Origin: an uncultured Planctomycetota bacterium
GTDB lineage: Bacteria; Planctomycetota; Planctomycetia; Gemmatales; Gemmataceae
Direction of reading: 5' to 3'
Assembly (NCBI GenBank): GCA_963849325.1
Contig: CAWKHF010000001.1
Coordinates: 288,001 to 352,000 of the forward strand
Length of the DNA stretch: 64,000 nucleotides
Each line of letters opens with the position of its first letter. Positions within the stretch are counted from its first letter, which is position 1. Made by a program: the position numbers and the translations under genes. Positions 21,633 to 32,073 of the stretch are shown here, one piece after another. Under the pieces are notes generated by a model. It saw nothing but the letters and a program-made list of their open reading frames with translations. It was not told the DNA's origin and did no database searches.

Positions 21633-23918
21633 ATGTGGCGACGCTACGTATGGGTTCGGCAGAACGATCAGAGCGACTGTGGCGCGGCGTCGCTGGCCAC
21701 GGTCGCTCTGCACTATCGCCGAAGCATTGGACTGGAACAAGTGCGCGACTGGACCGGCACCGATCGCATCGGCGCGACGCTGCTCGGCCTGCTGCGCGGG
21801 GCCGAGAAGCTCGGCTTCGCCAGCAAGGCCGTCAAGGCGCCGTATGAGGCGCTGGCCCATCTGCCTCTGCCGGCCATCGCTCATCTCCGGACGACGGATA
21901 ACAGCGGCCATTTCCTTGTTCTGCACAAAGTAAGCAAGGACGCCGTCGTGGTGGCCGACCCGGCGCGCGGCGTCGAGAAGCGCTCGCGCACCGACTTTTG
22001 CCGCGATTGGACCGGCCATTTGCTGATGCTCGTGCCGCAGACCGATCTGCACGGCCCGCGCGGCCCGACCCCGCTGCCTCCGTGGCGGCGTTTCCTGGGC
22101 CTGCTCCGCTCGCACACCGGCATCCTCACCGAAGCCATCTTCTGCGCCCTGCTCATGACGCTGCTGGGCGTGTCCACGTCCTACTTCGTCCAGCATCTGG
22201 TGGACTCGGTCCTCGTCCGTCACGAGAGACGACTGCTCAACGCCCTGGGCATCGGCATGGTGCTGATCGTGGTGTTCCGCACGCTGTTCGCCCTGTTGCG
22301 GCAGTACCTGCTCGCGCACGTCGCCCGCAAGGTGGACCTCGCCGTCATCGCCGGTTACAGCCGGCATTTGCTCGGCCTGCCCATGCGTTTCTTCGAGTCG
22401 CGTCGCGTCGGCGAGATCCTGTCGCGGGCCATCGACACGGCCAAGGTGCGCGAAGCCATCAGCGGCACCACGACCACCGCCGTGGTAGACGGCGTGCTGG
22501 TGGTGCTGCTGCTGGGCGTGCTGTGGATGTACGACTTCCGGCTGGCCCTGACGGCGACGGCGTTCGTGCCCGTGCTGTTTGTGGCCGCCCTCCTGCTGCA
22601 ACCGGCCACGTTGAAGCAGTCATGGCAGGCCATGGAGAACTGGTCGCAACTGTCGGCCCACCTGATTGAGAACGTCGGCGCCGTGCAGACCATCAAGGCG
22701 TTCGGCGCCGAGCGGGCCCGAGCCGAGGAAGGCGATCGACACCTGGTCGGCTTCGCCCAGGCGAACTTCACCCTCCAGAAATTCGGTCTGAGCATGAACG
22801 CCCTGAGCCTGTTTCTGACGGCCCTGGCCGGCATCATCATCTTGTGGTACGGCGGCAACCGCGTCATGGACGGCGCGCTGACCATTGGCCAGTTGATGTT
22901 CTTTTACTCGCTGCTGGTCTACTTGCTGGAACCGCTGAACCGCCTGGCGGGCGTCAACCTGAAGTTGCAGGAAGCCTTTGTCGCCGTGGATCGGCTCTAT
23001 CAGGTACTCGATCTGGAGCTGGAACAGCCGGACGGAGCGAGCAAAACGACCTTCGCCGGACTACGCGACGGCATCGAGCTGCGCGACGTGACCTTCCGCT
23101 ATGGCAGTCGGACCAACGTGCTGGACCAGATCAACCTGCGCATCCCCGCCGGCAAGACGGTGGCCGTGGTCGGCGAGAGCGGCTCCGGTAAATCCACGCT
23201 TCTGAATCTGCTGATGGGCTTCCACTCGCCGACCGAAGGCGGCATTCTCGTGGACGGCGTCGATCTGCGCGACTTCGACCTGGATTCGTGGCGGGGCCGG
23301 ATGGGATTGGTTTCGCAGGAGCCGTTTATCTTCAATGGCACGGTGCGCAACAACATCGCCCTGGGCCGGCCGGAGGCGAGCGTCGCGGAGGTGATCGAGG
23401 CGGCGCGGGCGGCGGGACTCGCCGAGTTCATCGCCCACCTGCCGCAGCGCTACGACACGCTCATCGGCGAGCGCGGCGCCAACCTGTCCGGCGGTCAGCG
23501 GCAGCGTCTGGCCATCGCCCGCGCGCTGCTGCGGAAACCGGATGTCCTGCTGTTCGATGAGGCCACCAGCCATCTGGACACGGCCACCGAGCAGGCCATT
23601 CAGGAAAACCTGCATACGGTGTTGAGCGGCCGGACGGTGATCCTGGTGGCGCATCGTCTGAGCACGATCAAGGACGCCGACCTCATCTACGTGCTGCACC
23701 AGGGCCGCATCGCCGAGCAGGGCACGCATCGGCAACTGCTAGCCCAGCAAGGACTGTATAGCCGGCTGTGCCGCAAGCAGACCGGCGCGGACGAGGAATC
23801 ATCCAGGGCCGGAGAGAACGGCGTCGCGCCGGTCGAGACCGCGGGCGCGACGCCGCTCTCCCGGATGGACAGTGCGAGAAACGGTAAGACCCCACGGGAG
23901 ACCATTCGTCATGCGTGA
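21633..23918 (+). CDS. Peptidase C39-containing ABC transporter (LanT/PCAT)
   Basis: QNDQSDCGAASL, GHFLVL, VADPARG (Cys-His-Asp triad); TM domain; GESGSGKST, LSGGQRQR, FDEATSHLD. Confidence 0.95.
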   Translation: MWRRYVWVRQNDQSDCGAASLATVALHYRRSIGLEQVRDWTGTDRIGATLLGLLRGAEKLGFASKAVKAPYEALAHLPLPAIAHLRTTDNSGHFLVLHKVSKDAVVVADPARGVEKRSRTDFCRDWTGHLLMLVPQTDLHGPRGPTPLPPWRRFLGLLRSHTGILTEAIFCALLMTLLGVSTSYFVQHLVDSVLVRHERRLLNALGIGMVLIVVFRTLFALLRQYLLAHVARKVDLAVIAGYSRHLLGLPMRFFESRRVGEILSRAIDTAKVREAISGTTTTAVVDGVLVVLLLGVLWMYDFRLALTATAFVPVLFVAALLLQPATLKQSWQAMENWSQLSAHLIENVGAVQTIKAFGAERARAEEGDRHLVGFAQANFTLQKFGLSMNALSLFLTALAGIIILWYGGNRVMDGALTIGQLMFFYSLLVYLLEPLNRLAGVNLKLQEAFVAVDRLYQVLDLELEQPDGASKTTFAGLRDGIELRDVTFRYGSRTNVLDQINLRIPAGKTVAVVGESGSGKSTLLNLLMGFHSPTEGGILVDGVDLRDFDLDSWRGRMGLVSQEPFIFNGTVRNNIALGRPEASVAEVIEAARAAGLAEFIAHLPQRYDTLIGERGANLSGGQRQRLAIARALLRKPDVLLFDEATSHLDTATEQAIQENLHTVLSGRTVILVAHRLSTIKDADLIYVLHQGRIAEQGTHRQLLAQQGLYSRLCRKQTGADEESSRAGENGVAPVETAGATPLSRMDSARNGKTPRETIRHA

Positions 23919-25180
23919 AGCCGTCATGGTCGATCTGCGGGATTGCACGGAGTTCCGTCAGACGTTGCTGGCTAAGCCGCCGCGCTTTCTGCATGGCGTG
24001 GTCCTGTTGCTGGCCGGCCTGCTGGCCACGGCGCTGATCTGGGCCGCTGTCGCCCGCGCCAACCTCGTCGTCCGCGCCCAAGGCCGTGTGCGGCCCGTGA
24101 CCTCGCCCAAGAAGGTTTTCACCGCCGGGGCCGGGACGATGCCGCGCTCCAGCGGCGGGCGCGTCGTGGCCGTCTACTTCCACGTAGGCGACCAGGTGCA
24201 TCGGGGCGATCTGCTGATCCAGCTGGATACGGAGTCGCTGGGCAATGAAATCACCCGGCGAAAGCGAACGATTCAGGCGGGCGAGGAGGAACTGTCCCGG
24301 CTCGACCGCCTGAAGGACATGCTGGAGAGACAAAGTACGGCGACCCGCGCGAAGTGCGCAGTCCGAGCTGACCCAGGCGACGGCCGAGGTACGGCAAGCG
24401 AGCGAGCGGCGCGTCGTGGATGTCGAGCTGGCTCGCTTGGAATGGGAAGCGGCGGAGGACGAGCTGCGCCGCACCAAGCAGTTGGCGGCGAACAATGCCA
24501 CGACGGTCGCGGATCTGGTCAAGGCACGGAATCGTCTGCGCGAGGCGCAGGAGAAACTCCGCAAGGCGCGCCTATCGGTGGAGGATAGCAAGGTTGAGGT
24601 CATGAAGCGTGCTTTGGAACTGAGCGAGCGCGACGCGGCGTTGAAGCGCGAAGAACTGGAACTGAAACGGGTGAGCAAACGGGGCGAGGTCGAGGCCGCC
24701 CGCCTCGAGTTGGCCAACCTGGAGCTGGAGCGCAAGCAAGCGGAGCTGCGTTCGCCACTGACCGGCATTGTCACGAGCGGCGACGTGAAGATTGGCGACC
24801 TGCTCGAAGCGGGCAAGTCCGTGGTGGAGATCGCCGAGCAGCACGGTTTCCACTTCGAGGCGGAGGTGTCGAGCACCGAGGTGGCCCATTTGCGCGTGGG
24901 CATGCCGGCACGGATCAAGCTCGATGCCTACGATTATCAGCAGTACGGCACGTTATCGGGGACGGTGTGTTTCATCTCGCCGGACTCCGGCGTGCGTCAA
25001 GGCCAGGGAAACGCCGTCTACGTGGTGAAGATCGTCTGTGACGGCGAGGAGGTCGGGCGCGAAGGAGCACGCGGCAAGGTCAAGCTCGGCATGGCGGGAC
25101 AGGTGGAGATCGTGACGGAGCAGGAGAGCATTCTCTCGCTGTTGCTGCGGCACATACGCCAGAGCATCAGCCTGGGATGA
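23911..25180 (+). CDS. HlyD-family secretion adaptor (frameshift near 24355)
   Basis: TM helix, VRAQGRVRP, coiled coil, LRSPLTGIV, KLDAYDYQQYGTLSGTV, GMAGQVEIVT. Confidence 0.9.
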
Positions 25181-25267
25181 GAACCGAAAGAACGGGAGAG
25201 ACATAAGGAACCTTTTAATACCTTAAAAGATCCTTATATCCTCCCAGTTTTCTCTTTGATCGGCTTG

Positions 25268-25425
25268 GAAGCCGCGTTGGAGCGGATCGCTCGACGCGAT
25301 GATTTCCAGAAAATGAGACCAACTCGATTGTGCAAACGCTGTCTGCACAATCGACTGGTCCGAATATACTTCCGCGAAGCGGATTATCTGAAGAAGGGTT
25401 GGACGGCTAAAGCCGCGCCCTATTC
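25268..25425 (-). pseudogene. Remnant of a DUF1016/YhcG N-terminal domain gene
   Basis: GRGFSRPTLLQIIRFAEVYSDQSIVQTAFAQSSWSHFLEII...DPLQRGF resembles the GRGFS...LSWSH signature; no start and no nuclease domain. Confidence 0.6.
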
Positions 25426-25607
25426 GGCCGTCAATGGTCTCGACACTGTCAAGACAATCGGCTCGCCGTAGGTGGCACGCTATTCGCCGCGGATTGCGCG
25501 GCGAATACGGTTCTTGCCCTGGTTCCACGCAGGGAGCTACAATTGGGTATGATGTGGTGGACATCGATCCGCGACGCTATGCCCCCAAGCAGGGGAGACA
25601 AGATCCC

Positions 25608-25829
25608 ATGATCCGCATTCGCTTTACCGACGAGGCCGCGAAACGTCGCGCGCTGGGCTTCCTGCTGGGCCGCTACTCGTTCAAAAGTTGGGCCACTGGG
25701 GAAATGCTGGTGCCCGAGTATGCTCTGCCTGCGCTGGCGCGGGAAGGGATCTCCTTCATCGTGGAGGGGTTGGCTACGTATGAGCAAATCATTGCGGCGG
25801 TACGAACTCCTTCTACCCCGGCGGTTTAA
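25608..25829 (+). CDS. Small hypothetical protein
   Basis: GGGGAG RBS; MIRIRFTDEAAKRRALGFLLGRYSFKSW; overlaps the next gene. Confidence 0.6.
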   Translation: MIRIRFTDEAAKRRALGFLLGRYSFKSWATGEMLVPEYALPALAREGISFIVEGLATYEQIIAAVRTPSTPAV

Positions 25830-26100
25830 CGATCAGCAACCCGTTCCGGATGACCTCCTCATCGAGACCGTTTTAGAACTGGAGCGTCAGTTCGGCGCCG
25901 TTTCCTCGGAAACGCAAATCATCCGCGGCCTGTGGCAGCACGAAGGACAATCCTATCGGGATGAGTTGGCGCGGGTGAACGTGGAGGTGCCGGACACCCC
26001 CGAGAACCGGCAGTTCTTCCAGGACTACAAGGAACAACTCAAGGCTCGGTTCCGTCAGATCGACATCTGGCTAACGACCTACTTGATCGAAGTGATTTGA
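25780..26100 (+). CDS. Small hypothetical protein (PII/DUF3574-like pattern)
   Basis: GGAGG RBS; RRYELLLP..FND, QFGAVS, GLW, YRD, LKARFRQIDIWL. Confidence 0.65.
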   Translation: MSKSLRRYELLLPRRFNDQQPVPDDLLIETVLELERQFGAVSSETQIIRGLWQHEGQSYRDELARVNVEVPDTPENRQFFQDYKEQLKARFRQIDIWLTTYLIEVI

Positions 26101-26155
26101 TGGTCGCCGGTCGCGGCGCCGGCGCGGGCGCTCTCCGCCGGCGCCGCGAATGGGT

Positions 26156-27533
26156 TCACTTCGCCGCCTGTTCGCGGGTGACGACCACGCTGACGGCAAG
26201 GCGTTCCACTTCCTTTTGCACGGCGGACAGGTCTGCGCGGCAACAGACGGGCGGCGATGGTAGCGCCGCCGTGGTTCTGCCGCGTGACGTAGTAATCCAT
26301 CATGAACTTCTGTCCGCCCATCTCCGCCTCCAAGGCGAAGTGTTCGAGGATCGGCGACGGCCGCACCGTCCGCGGCGGATCGACGCGCAGCAGACGGGCG
26401 TTCTGCTTGCCCAGCCACTCGCGCGATTCGGCCAGGAAGCGCTCGCCGGTCGGAGTCGCGCGTCAGTGGGTCCAGCGTCAGCAACAGACCGCTGCCGTCG
26501 GCGCCGTCCAGCGCCACCTGGCTGCCGCGCACGCCGGCCACGTGCCAGCGCCGGCCATACCGGAAGCGCACGCCCAGGTCCGGGTTGTCGTACAGCAGCA
26601 GCGTGTTGTCGTCGTTCGGCTCGACGACCACGCCCTGCAAGGCCGACTCGCTCAGCTCGGCGCAGCGCGTGTGCGCCTGCCGCGTCAGCACGAAACGCCC
26701 CTCGACCCGGCCCACTTCCTTGCCGTCCTTGTCGAGCAGGAAGTGCTTGCCCTGGACGAACAGGTAGCTCAGGTGGTTGGACTCCAGGTCGAAAAAGAAA
26801 TAGCCTTCCAGCTGCTGGCGGTTGGGTCCGTCCTCGTTGGTGCCGCGCACGCTGCCGCGGAACGATACGCGCGCGTGCCGCCGTTTCTCCACGGTCGTGA
26901 ACTGCTCGAGCCGGCACTCCAACGATCCCTCCTCGATGCGTTCGAGGTCGGTCAGCTCCTGGATGGCCGACTGCGTCGCGGACCAGCGGTCGCCCAGGCG
27001 GACGGGATGATCGGCCAGCAGGCCCGTCAGCGCCGGCGTGAAGACGTCGGTGCGGATCAGGTCGATCTCGCCCCACATCAACGGGCCGTCCGGCGAGAAC
27101 GGCACTTCCTTGTTCTGGTGCCGCAGGAGGATGAGCCGTCGCACTTCGGGACGCAGCGAATTCTCTTGCGGACGGTCGCCGACGGTGCGGCGGAAATCGG
27201 TACGGCGGCACAGCCGAGCCGTCTTGCGGATCTGGCCGTCCTTCCCGACGTCGAGAACGCGCTCATCGTACTCGATGGCGCTGGTGCCGCGCACGCTCAA
27301 CGGCTTCGGCGCGGTTGTCCCTCCCTTTACCCCCCCCGGAACGGGGGGGATAAAGGGGGGGGCAGCGTCAGCGTACCGGAGACGTCCACCCGCGTGCGGA
27401 CGTGATACTCATAGCCAACGGGGAAGCGCTCCTGGAGACGGATCGGTTCGTCGGCGGCGGGCGATGAGGGACAGCTCAGGCAGATCAGACAGGCGGCGAT
27501 GGCGAATCGGCGGGCCGTGAGAAGGGACGACAT
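26156..27533 (-). CDS. Secreted hypothetical protein (frameshifted)
   Basis: Signal peptide MSSLLTARRFAIAACLICLSCPSSPAA; coding-like frames continue through ORFs 27327, 26071 and 26079 to VVVTREQAAK*. Confidence 0.6.
27320..27363. repeat. Palindromic C/G-run element inside a CDS
   Basis: CCCTCCCTTTA, a C-run, GGAAC, a G-run, ATAAA and a second G-run form a hairpin; reads as PPPLSPPFRGG on the minus strand. Confidence 0.6.
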
Positions 27534-28304
27534 GATCGGCTCCGTGACGAGGCGTCCGCCGGGATGGCAGATGTCCTCTGTCACGATTCTACCCGCCTCC
27601 CTTTCGGCGGCGGCGCCGCAACTTCGTCGTCCTTCGTCACTTCCGGATGGACGGTAGGACTTGGGCCGCCTGGGCAAGAGAAAGGATTTACCAGGTGCCT
27701 GTATTGTATTCAGTCACTCTTGCAATTTTGAACATCTTTACTGTAAAATTGTATAGAAAATCAGACGCTTTCTGACAACCATTCGCAAGCTCAGCCGGCA
27801 GGACGCTCGCCGCGCGTCCGACGAAACTCCTGGAGGCGCAAGGCGTGTCGCGATTCGTTGAAAGAATTGTCGCCGAGCATCGTCTAATAGATGGAGAGAG
27901 TGGCCCAGCTTTTGCAATAGAGAAGGGCGCGAGCGAGGACGGCCGGACAAAACGCTCGCTCGTTTCGCAAGAAGGTTGCCCATCCGGCGAAGAACAAGAC
28001 AGCGATGTAGATACCGGCTGCTGTCCAACCTGTAAAGGGGAACTTGTGGCGGAGGTGGAAGGAGCGATGGAATTCGGGAGCGATTGCCCCGAACCCTCCC
28101 CCTACCCCGGCGCGTCTTACTTGGGTCAACAGGAGGTATCGGCTGAGCAACGGTGAGGACTGAAGGGCGATGGGAACTTTCTTCGAGGCAGAGACGTAAC
28201 AGAGAAGAGAAGGAAGCCGGCGCCGGCCGAGGCCCGCACTTCGGCCGGCGTCTACAAGGGCCTGCAACCCCCGGGATGGAGCCGGGCGGAAAGGCCGAAA
28301 AGGA

Positions 28305-30018
28305 GTGGCTGTGACTGGCTTCACGCATCCGGCCCTGAAACAGTTGACGGATCAACAAGTTCGGTTCGCTCCGCCCGCTCGCCGGGCGGAACAGCTCGTT
28401 CGAGCCGAACGACTGCTGGCCGAGATCGATCCGGCCAAGCGCTATCCGTATCAGTTCGTCTGCTGGCGCATCACGGAATATCGCCCGCAAACGCACGCCG
28501 ACCTGCTCATGCCCGGCGACGAGCTGGCGCACGACCTGCTTCTGTTGATGCAGGCCCTGGCCGGCAAGGTGCTGGCGCCGGTGCCGACCGAGGACATTCC
28601 CGAGCCGGTCGTCACCCTGGAGGAGATCAGCAAGAAGCTGAACGTCTCGACCAAGACCATCCGCCGCTGGCGCAAGTTCGGCCTGGTGGGTCAACCCATC
28701 GTCTTCAACGGCAAGCGGCAGGTGGGCTTCCTGCAGTCGGTGGTCGATCGCTTCCTGACGAGCCACCCCGACCGCGTCGAGCGCGGCAGCCGTTTCTCGC
28801 AGATGACCGAGGACGAACGCGAGGACATCCTGCGACGGGCCCGCCGGCTGTCGCGCGTCTGCGGCGGCACGCTCACCGAGGTCAGCCGGCGCATCGCCCG
28901 CCGCCTGGGCCGCTCCGTCGAGACCGTCCGTTACACCATCAAGAACCACGACCGCCAGCATCCCGAACAGGCCTTGTTCCCGAACCTGACCGGGCCGCTG
29001 GACGCGGCGACCAAGCAGACCATTTATAGCTCTTACCGTCGAGGGATTAACGTGGATACCCTCGCCAAACGCTTTCAGCGCACCGCGGACGTCCATGTAC
29101 CGCGTCATCAACGAGGTGCGCGCCCAGCGGCTGCTGGAGCAGCCCCTCGACTACATCCCGCATCCCTCCTTCGACGATGCCGCGATGGAAGCCGTCATCC
29201 TGGCCCCCATGCCCGACGCCGACGCCTACGAGGCCAAGCGCCGCGCCATGCACGCGCCGAAGGACGTGCCGCCGGAGTTGGCTTCCTGCTACGAATATCC
29301 GCTCCTGAGCAAGGAGCAGGAACAGCACCTGTTCCGCAAGATGAACTTCCTCAAGCACAAGGCGGCCCGGCTGCGCAACCAGCTCCGCAAGGAGGGCGGC
29401 GAGGCCAACGAGGTCGATCCCAGCCGCGTCCGCAATCAGACGCTCAAGGAGATCGAGGATTTGCAGCGCGAGGCCAACGCCGTCAAGGAGCTGCTCATCA
29501 ACGCCAACATGCGGCTGGTGGTGAACATCGCCAAGCGGCACGCCGCCCAGGCCGACAACTTCTTCGAGCTGGTCTCCGACGGCAACATGTCGCTGATCCG
29601 CGCCGTGGAGAAGTTCGACTTCGGCCGCGGCTTCAAGTTCAGCACCTACGCCAGCTGGGCGATCATGAAGAACTTCGCCCGCAGCATCCCCGACGAGAAG
29701 CACCGCCGCGAACGCTTCGTGACCGGCCACGACGAGGTCTTCGACGTCGCCCCGGACACGCGCACCGACGAGCACGAGATCGTGGCGACGCAGGAGCGGG
29801 CGACGCACAGCGTCAATCGTCTGCTGGAGTACCTGGAGCCGCGCGAGCGCGAGATCATCCGCATGCGGGCCGGCCTGGACGATCACGCCAAGGGCATGAC
29901 CCTGGAAGAGATCGGCCAGCAGTTCGGCATCACCAAGGAGCGCGTGCGTCAGCTCAACGCCCGGGCCATGAAGAAGCTGCGTTCCATCGCCGAGGAGCAG
30001 GACCTCGAGATGCCGTGA
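28305..30018 (+). CDS. Sigma-70-family RNA polymerase sigma factor with long N-terminal HTH extension (frameshift near 29090)
   Basis: Region 2 LINANMRLVVNIAK...LIRAVEKFDFGRGFKFSTYASWAI; region 4 TLEEIGQQFGITKERVRQL; N-terminal TLEEISKKLNVSTKTIRRWRK HTH. Confidence 0.88.
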
Positions 30019-30047
30019 ACGGTCGAGACAACAACCCCTTCCCTCCC

Positions 30048-30075
30048 AGGCCCCACCACACGGTGGGGTCTTTTT
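30048..30075 (+). terminator. Rho-independent terminator
   Basis: AGGCCCCACC-ACAC-GGTGGGGTCT followed by a T-run. Confidence 0.8.
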
Positions 30076-30094
30076 GTTGCGCGAGTGGACCAAA

Positions 30095-30171
30095 CCGAGC
30101 CGCGAGCGTTAGCGAGCGAGCGGAGAACGCACCGCTCCCTGACGGTCGCGACTCGGATGGTCGCGGCTCGG
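30095..30171. repeat. REP family A, degenerate doublet
   Basis: CCGAGCCGCGAGCGTTAGCGAGCG...CGCTCCCTGACGGTCGCGACTCGG..GGTCGCGGCTCGG. Confidence 0.75.
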
Positions 30172-30292
30172 ACAGCATCATGGCCGGCACATTCGCGCGA
30201 CAGATGATTTTGGCCGAATCGTAACCTATCTTTGAGACGTGGCGGCGTCGCTTCACCCGTTCTGTTGGAACGAAGTTATTCCGGGAGCAACC

Positions 30293-31651
30293 GTGGCCGC
30301 ACCGCGGATACTGGTCATCGACGACGACGACAACTTCCGCACCTATTGCCGCTACGCCCTGGGAACGGCCGGGCTGACGTGCGACCTGGCCGCCAACGGC
30401 CGGCAGGCGCTGGAAATGGCGGCGGAGACGGCCTATGACCTCCTCTTGCTCGACATCGAGCTGCCCGACATCCGGGGCGATCGAGTCCTGGCTCAGTTGC
30501 GAAGCGCCTCCGCCTGCCGGCACGGCAAAGCCATTGTCTTCTCCGGGGGGGCCAGCCCGGACGAGATGGCCGAGATGCTCTCGATCGGGGCGGACGATTA
30601 CCTGTCCAAGCCGTTTACCTTCGTCCAGCTTTTGGCCCGCGTGAAGGCGGCGCTGCGCTTGAAGGAGGCGCAGGATCGCTCCGAGAGGTTGCAGCGCCAG
30701 CTGGAAGCCTCCAATCGGGAGCTGGAAGTGCGCGTACGCGAGCGCACGGGAGAGCTGACGGCGGCCAACGAGGCGCTGCGGCGCGAGATCGGCGAGCGCC
30801 GCCTACTACACGCCCAGCTGGTGCAGGCGCAAAAGCTCGAATCGATTGGCCAGCTGGCCGCCGGCATCGCCCACGAGATCAACACGCCCATCCAGTACAT
30901 CGGCGACAACACCCACTTCCTCAGCGACGCCTTCGGCGACCTGCGGCGCGTGCTGGAGTCCCACGAGCGGCTGCTGACCGCTCACAAGGACGACGCTCTG
31001 ACGGCCGAACAGTTCGCCGAGGCCGAAGCTCTCATCGCCGCGGTGGACATGGCCTACCTCAATGACGAGGTGCCGCGCGCGGTCGAGCAGACGCTGCAAG
31101 GGGTGTCGCACGTCGCCCACATCGTCCGGGCCGTCAAGGAGTTCTCTCATCCCGGACAGGCGAAGAAGACGCCCGTGGATCTCAACCACGCCATCGAAAA
31201 CACCATCACCATCGCGCGCAACGAATGGAAGTACGTGGCCGAGGTGGTCACGGACCTGGATGCGTCGCTGCCGCCGGTGCCGTGTCTACCGGGCGAGTTG
31301 AACCAGGTGCTGTTGAACCTACTCGTCAACGCCGCCCAGGCCATCGACGAAAGCGGGGCCGCCGAGACGGGACGAAAGGGGACCATCTCGGTGCGGACGC
31401 GGCGGCTGGACGATCACGCCGAGGTCCGCGTCGGCGACACGGGCGGCGGCATCGCCGAGTCCATCCGCTGCCGCATCTTCGATCCCTTCTTCACCACCAA
31501 GCCGGTCGGCAAGGGCACCGGGCAAGGCTTGGCCATTGCTCACGCCGTCGTGGTCAAAAAACACGGCGGCACGATCACCTTTGAGACCGAGGTCGGCCGG
31601 GGGACGACCTTCATCATCCGGTTGCCGCTGGCCGAGGAGGCGCAACGATGA
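30293..31651 (+). CDS. Cytoplasmic hybrid histidine kinase (REC-HisKA-HATPase)
   Basis: ILVIDDD, LLDIELP, KPF; GIAHEINTP H-box; QVLLNLLVNA, DTGGGI, FDPFFTTK, GTGQGL; no TM helix. Confidence 0.93.
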   Translation: MAAPRILVIDDDDNFRTYCRYALGTAGLTCDLAANGRQALEMAAETAYDLLLLDIELPDIRGDRVLAQLRSASACRHGKAIVFSGGASPDEMAEMLSIGADDYLSKPFTFVQLLARVKAALRLKEAQDRSERLQRQLEASNRELEVRVRERTGELTAANEALRREIGERRLLHAQLVQAQKLESIGQLAAGIAHEINTPIQYIGDNTHFLSDAFGDLRRVLESHERLLTAHKDDALTAEQFAEAEALIAAVDMAYLNDEVPRAVEQTLQGVSHVAHIVRAVKEFSHPGQAKKTPVDLNHAIENTITIARNEWKYVAEVVTDLDASLPPVPCLPGELNQVLLNLLVNAAQAIDESGAAETGRKGTISVRTRRLDDHAEVRVGDTGGGIAESIRCRIFDPFFTTKPVGKGTGQGLAIAHAVVVKKHGGTITFETEVGRGTTFIIRLPLAEEAQR

Positions 31652-32022
31652 AACGAGTCCTGTTCGTGGACGACGAACCGAAGGTGCTGGCGGGACTGCA
31701 GCGCATGCTTCGGCCGCTGCGGCACGAGTGGCGGATGACGTTCGCCGCCGGCGGCGCCGAGGCGCTGGCGATGCTGGAGCGCGGCCCGTTCGACGTGCTG
31801 GTCACGGACATGCGGATGCCCGGCATCGACGGCCCGCAGTTGCTGGAGGAGGTACGCCGTCGTTTTCCTCATGTCCTCCGCATCGCCCTGACCGGGCAGT
31901 ACCACGGCGATGCGGTCCAGCGCTCGGCCGCCCTGGCCCACTACCACCTGGCCAAACCGTGCGACCCAGACATGCTCAAGGAGGCCATCGGAAGCGAGAT
32001 CCTGTCGGAGCCTGAAGCGTAA
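31648..32022 (+). CDS. Single-domain response regulator
   Basis: VLFVDDE, VTDMRMPG, ALTG, AKP; stop codon supplied by a REP. Confidence 0.88.
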   Translation: MKRVLFVDDEPKVLAGLQRMLRPLRHEWRMTFAAGGAEALAMLERGPFDVLVTDMRMPGIDGPQLLEEVRRRFPHVLRIALTGQYHGDAVQRSAALAHYHLAKPCDPDMLKEAIGSEILSEPEA

Positions 32023-32059
32023 GCGAAGGGTATTCCTTCGCTTACGCTTCAGGCTCCGA
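32005..32059. repeat. REP doublet family B
   Basis: TCGGAGCCTGAAGCGTAAGCGAAGG...CCTTCGCTTACGCTTCAGGCTCCGA. Confidence 0.88.
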
Positions 32060-32073
32060 AAGAAGGGTGATCC

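Noticed and set aside
27845-28156. 103-aa ORF with CCPTC upstream of the sigma factor
   Set aside because: Single Cys cluster, atypical codon usage and no clear RBS; more likely regulatory DNA, though not excluded
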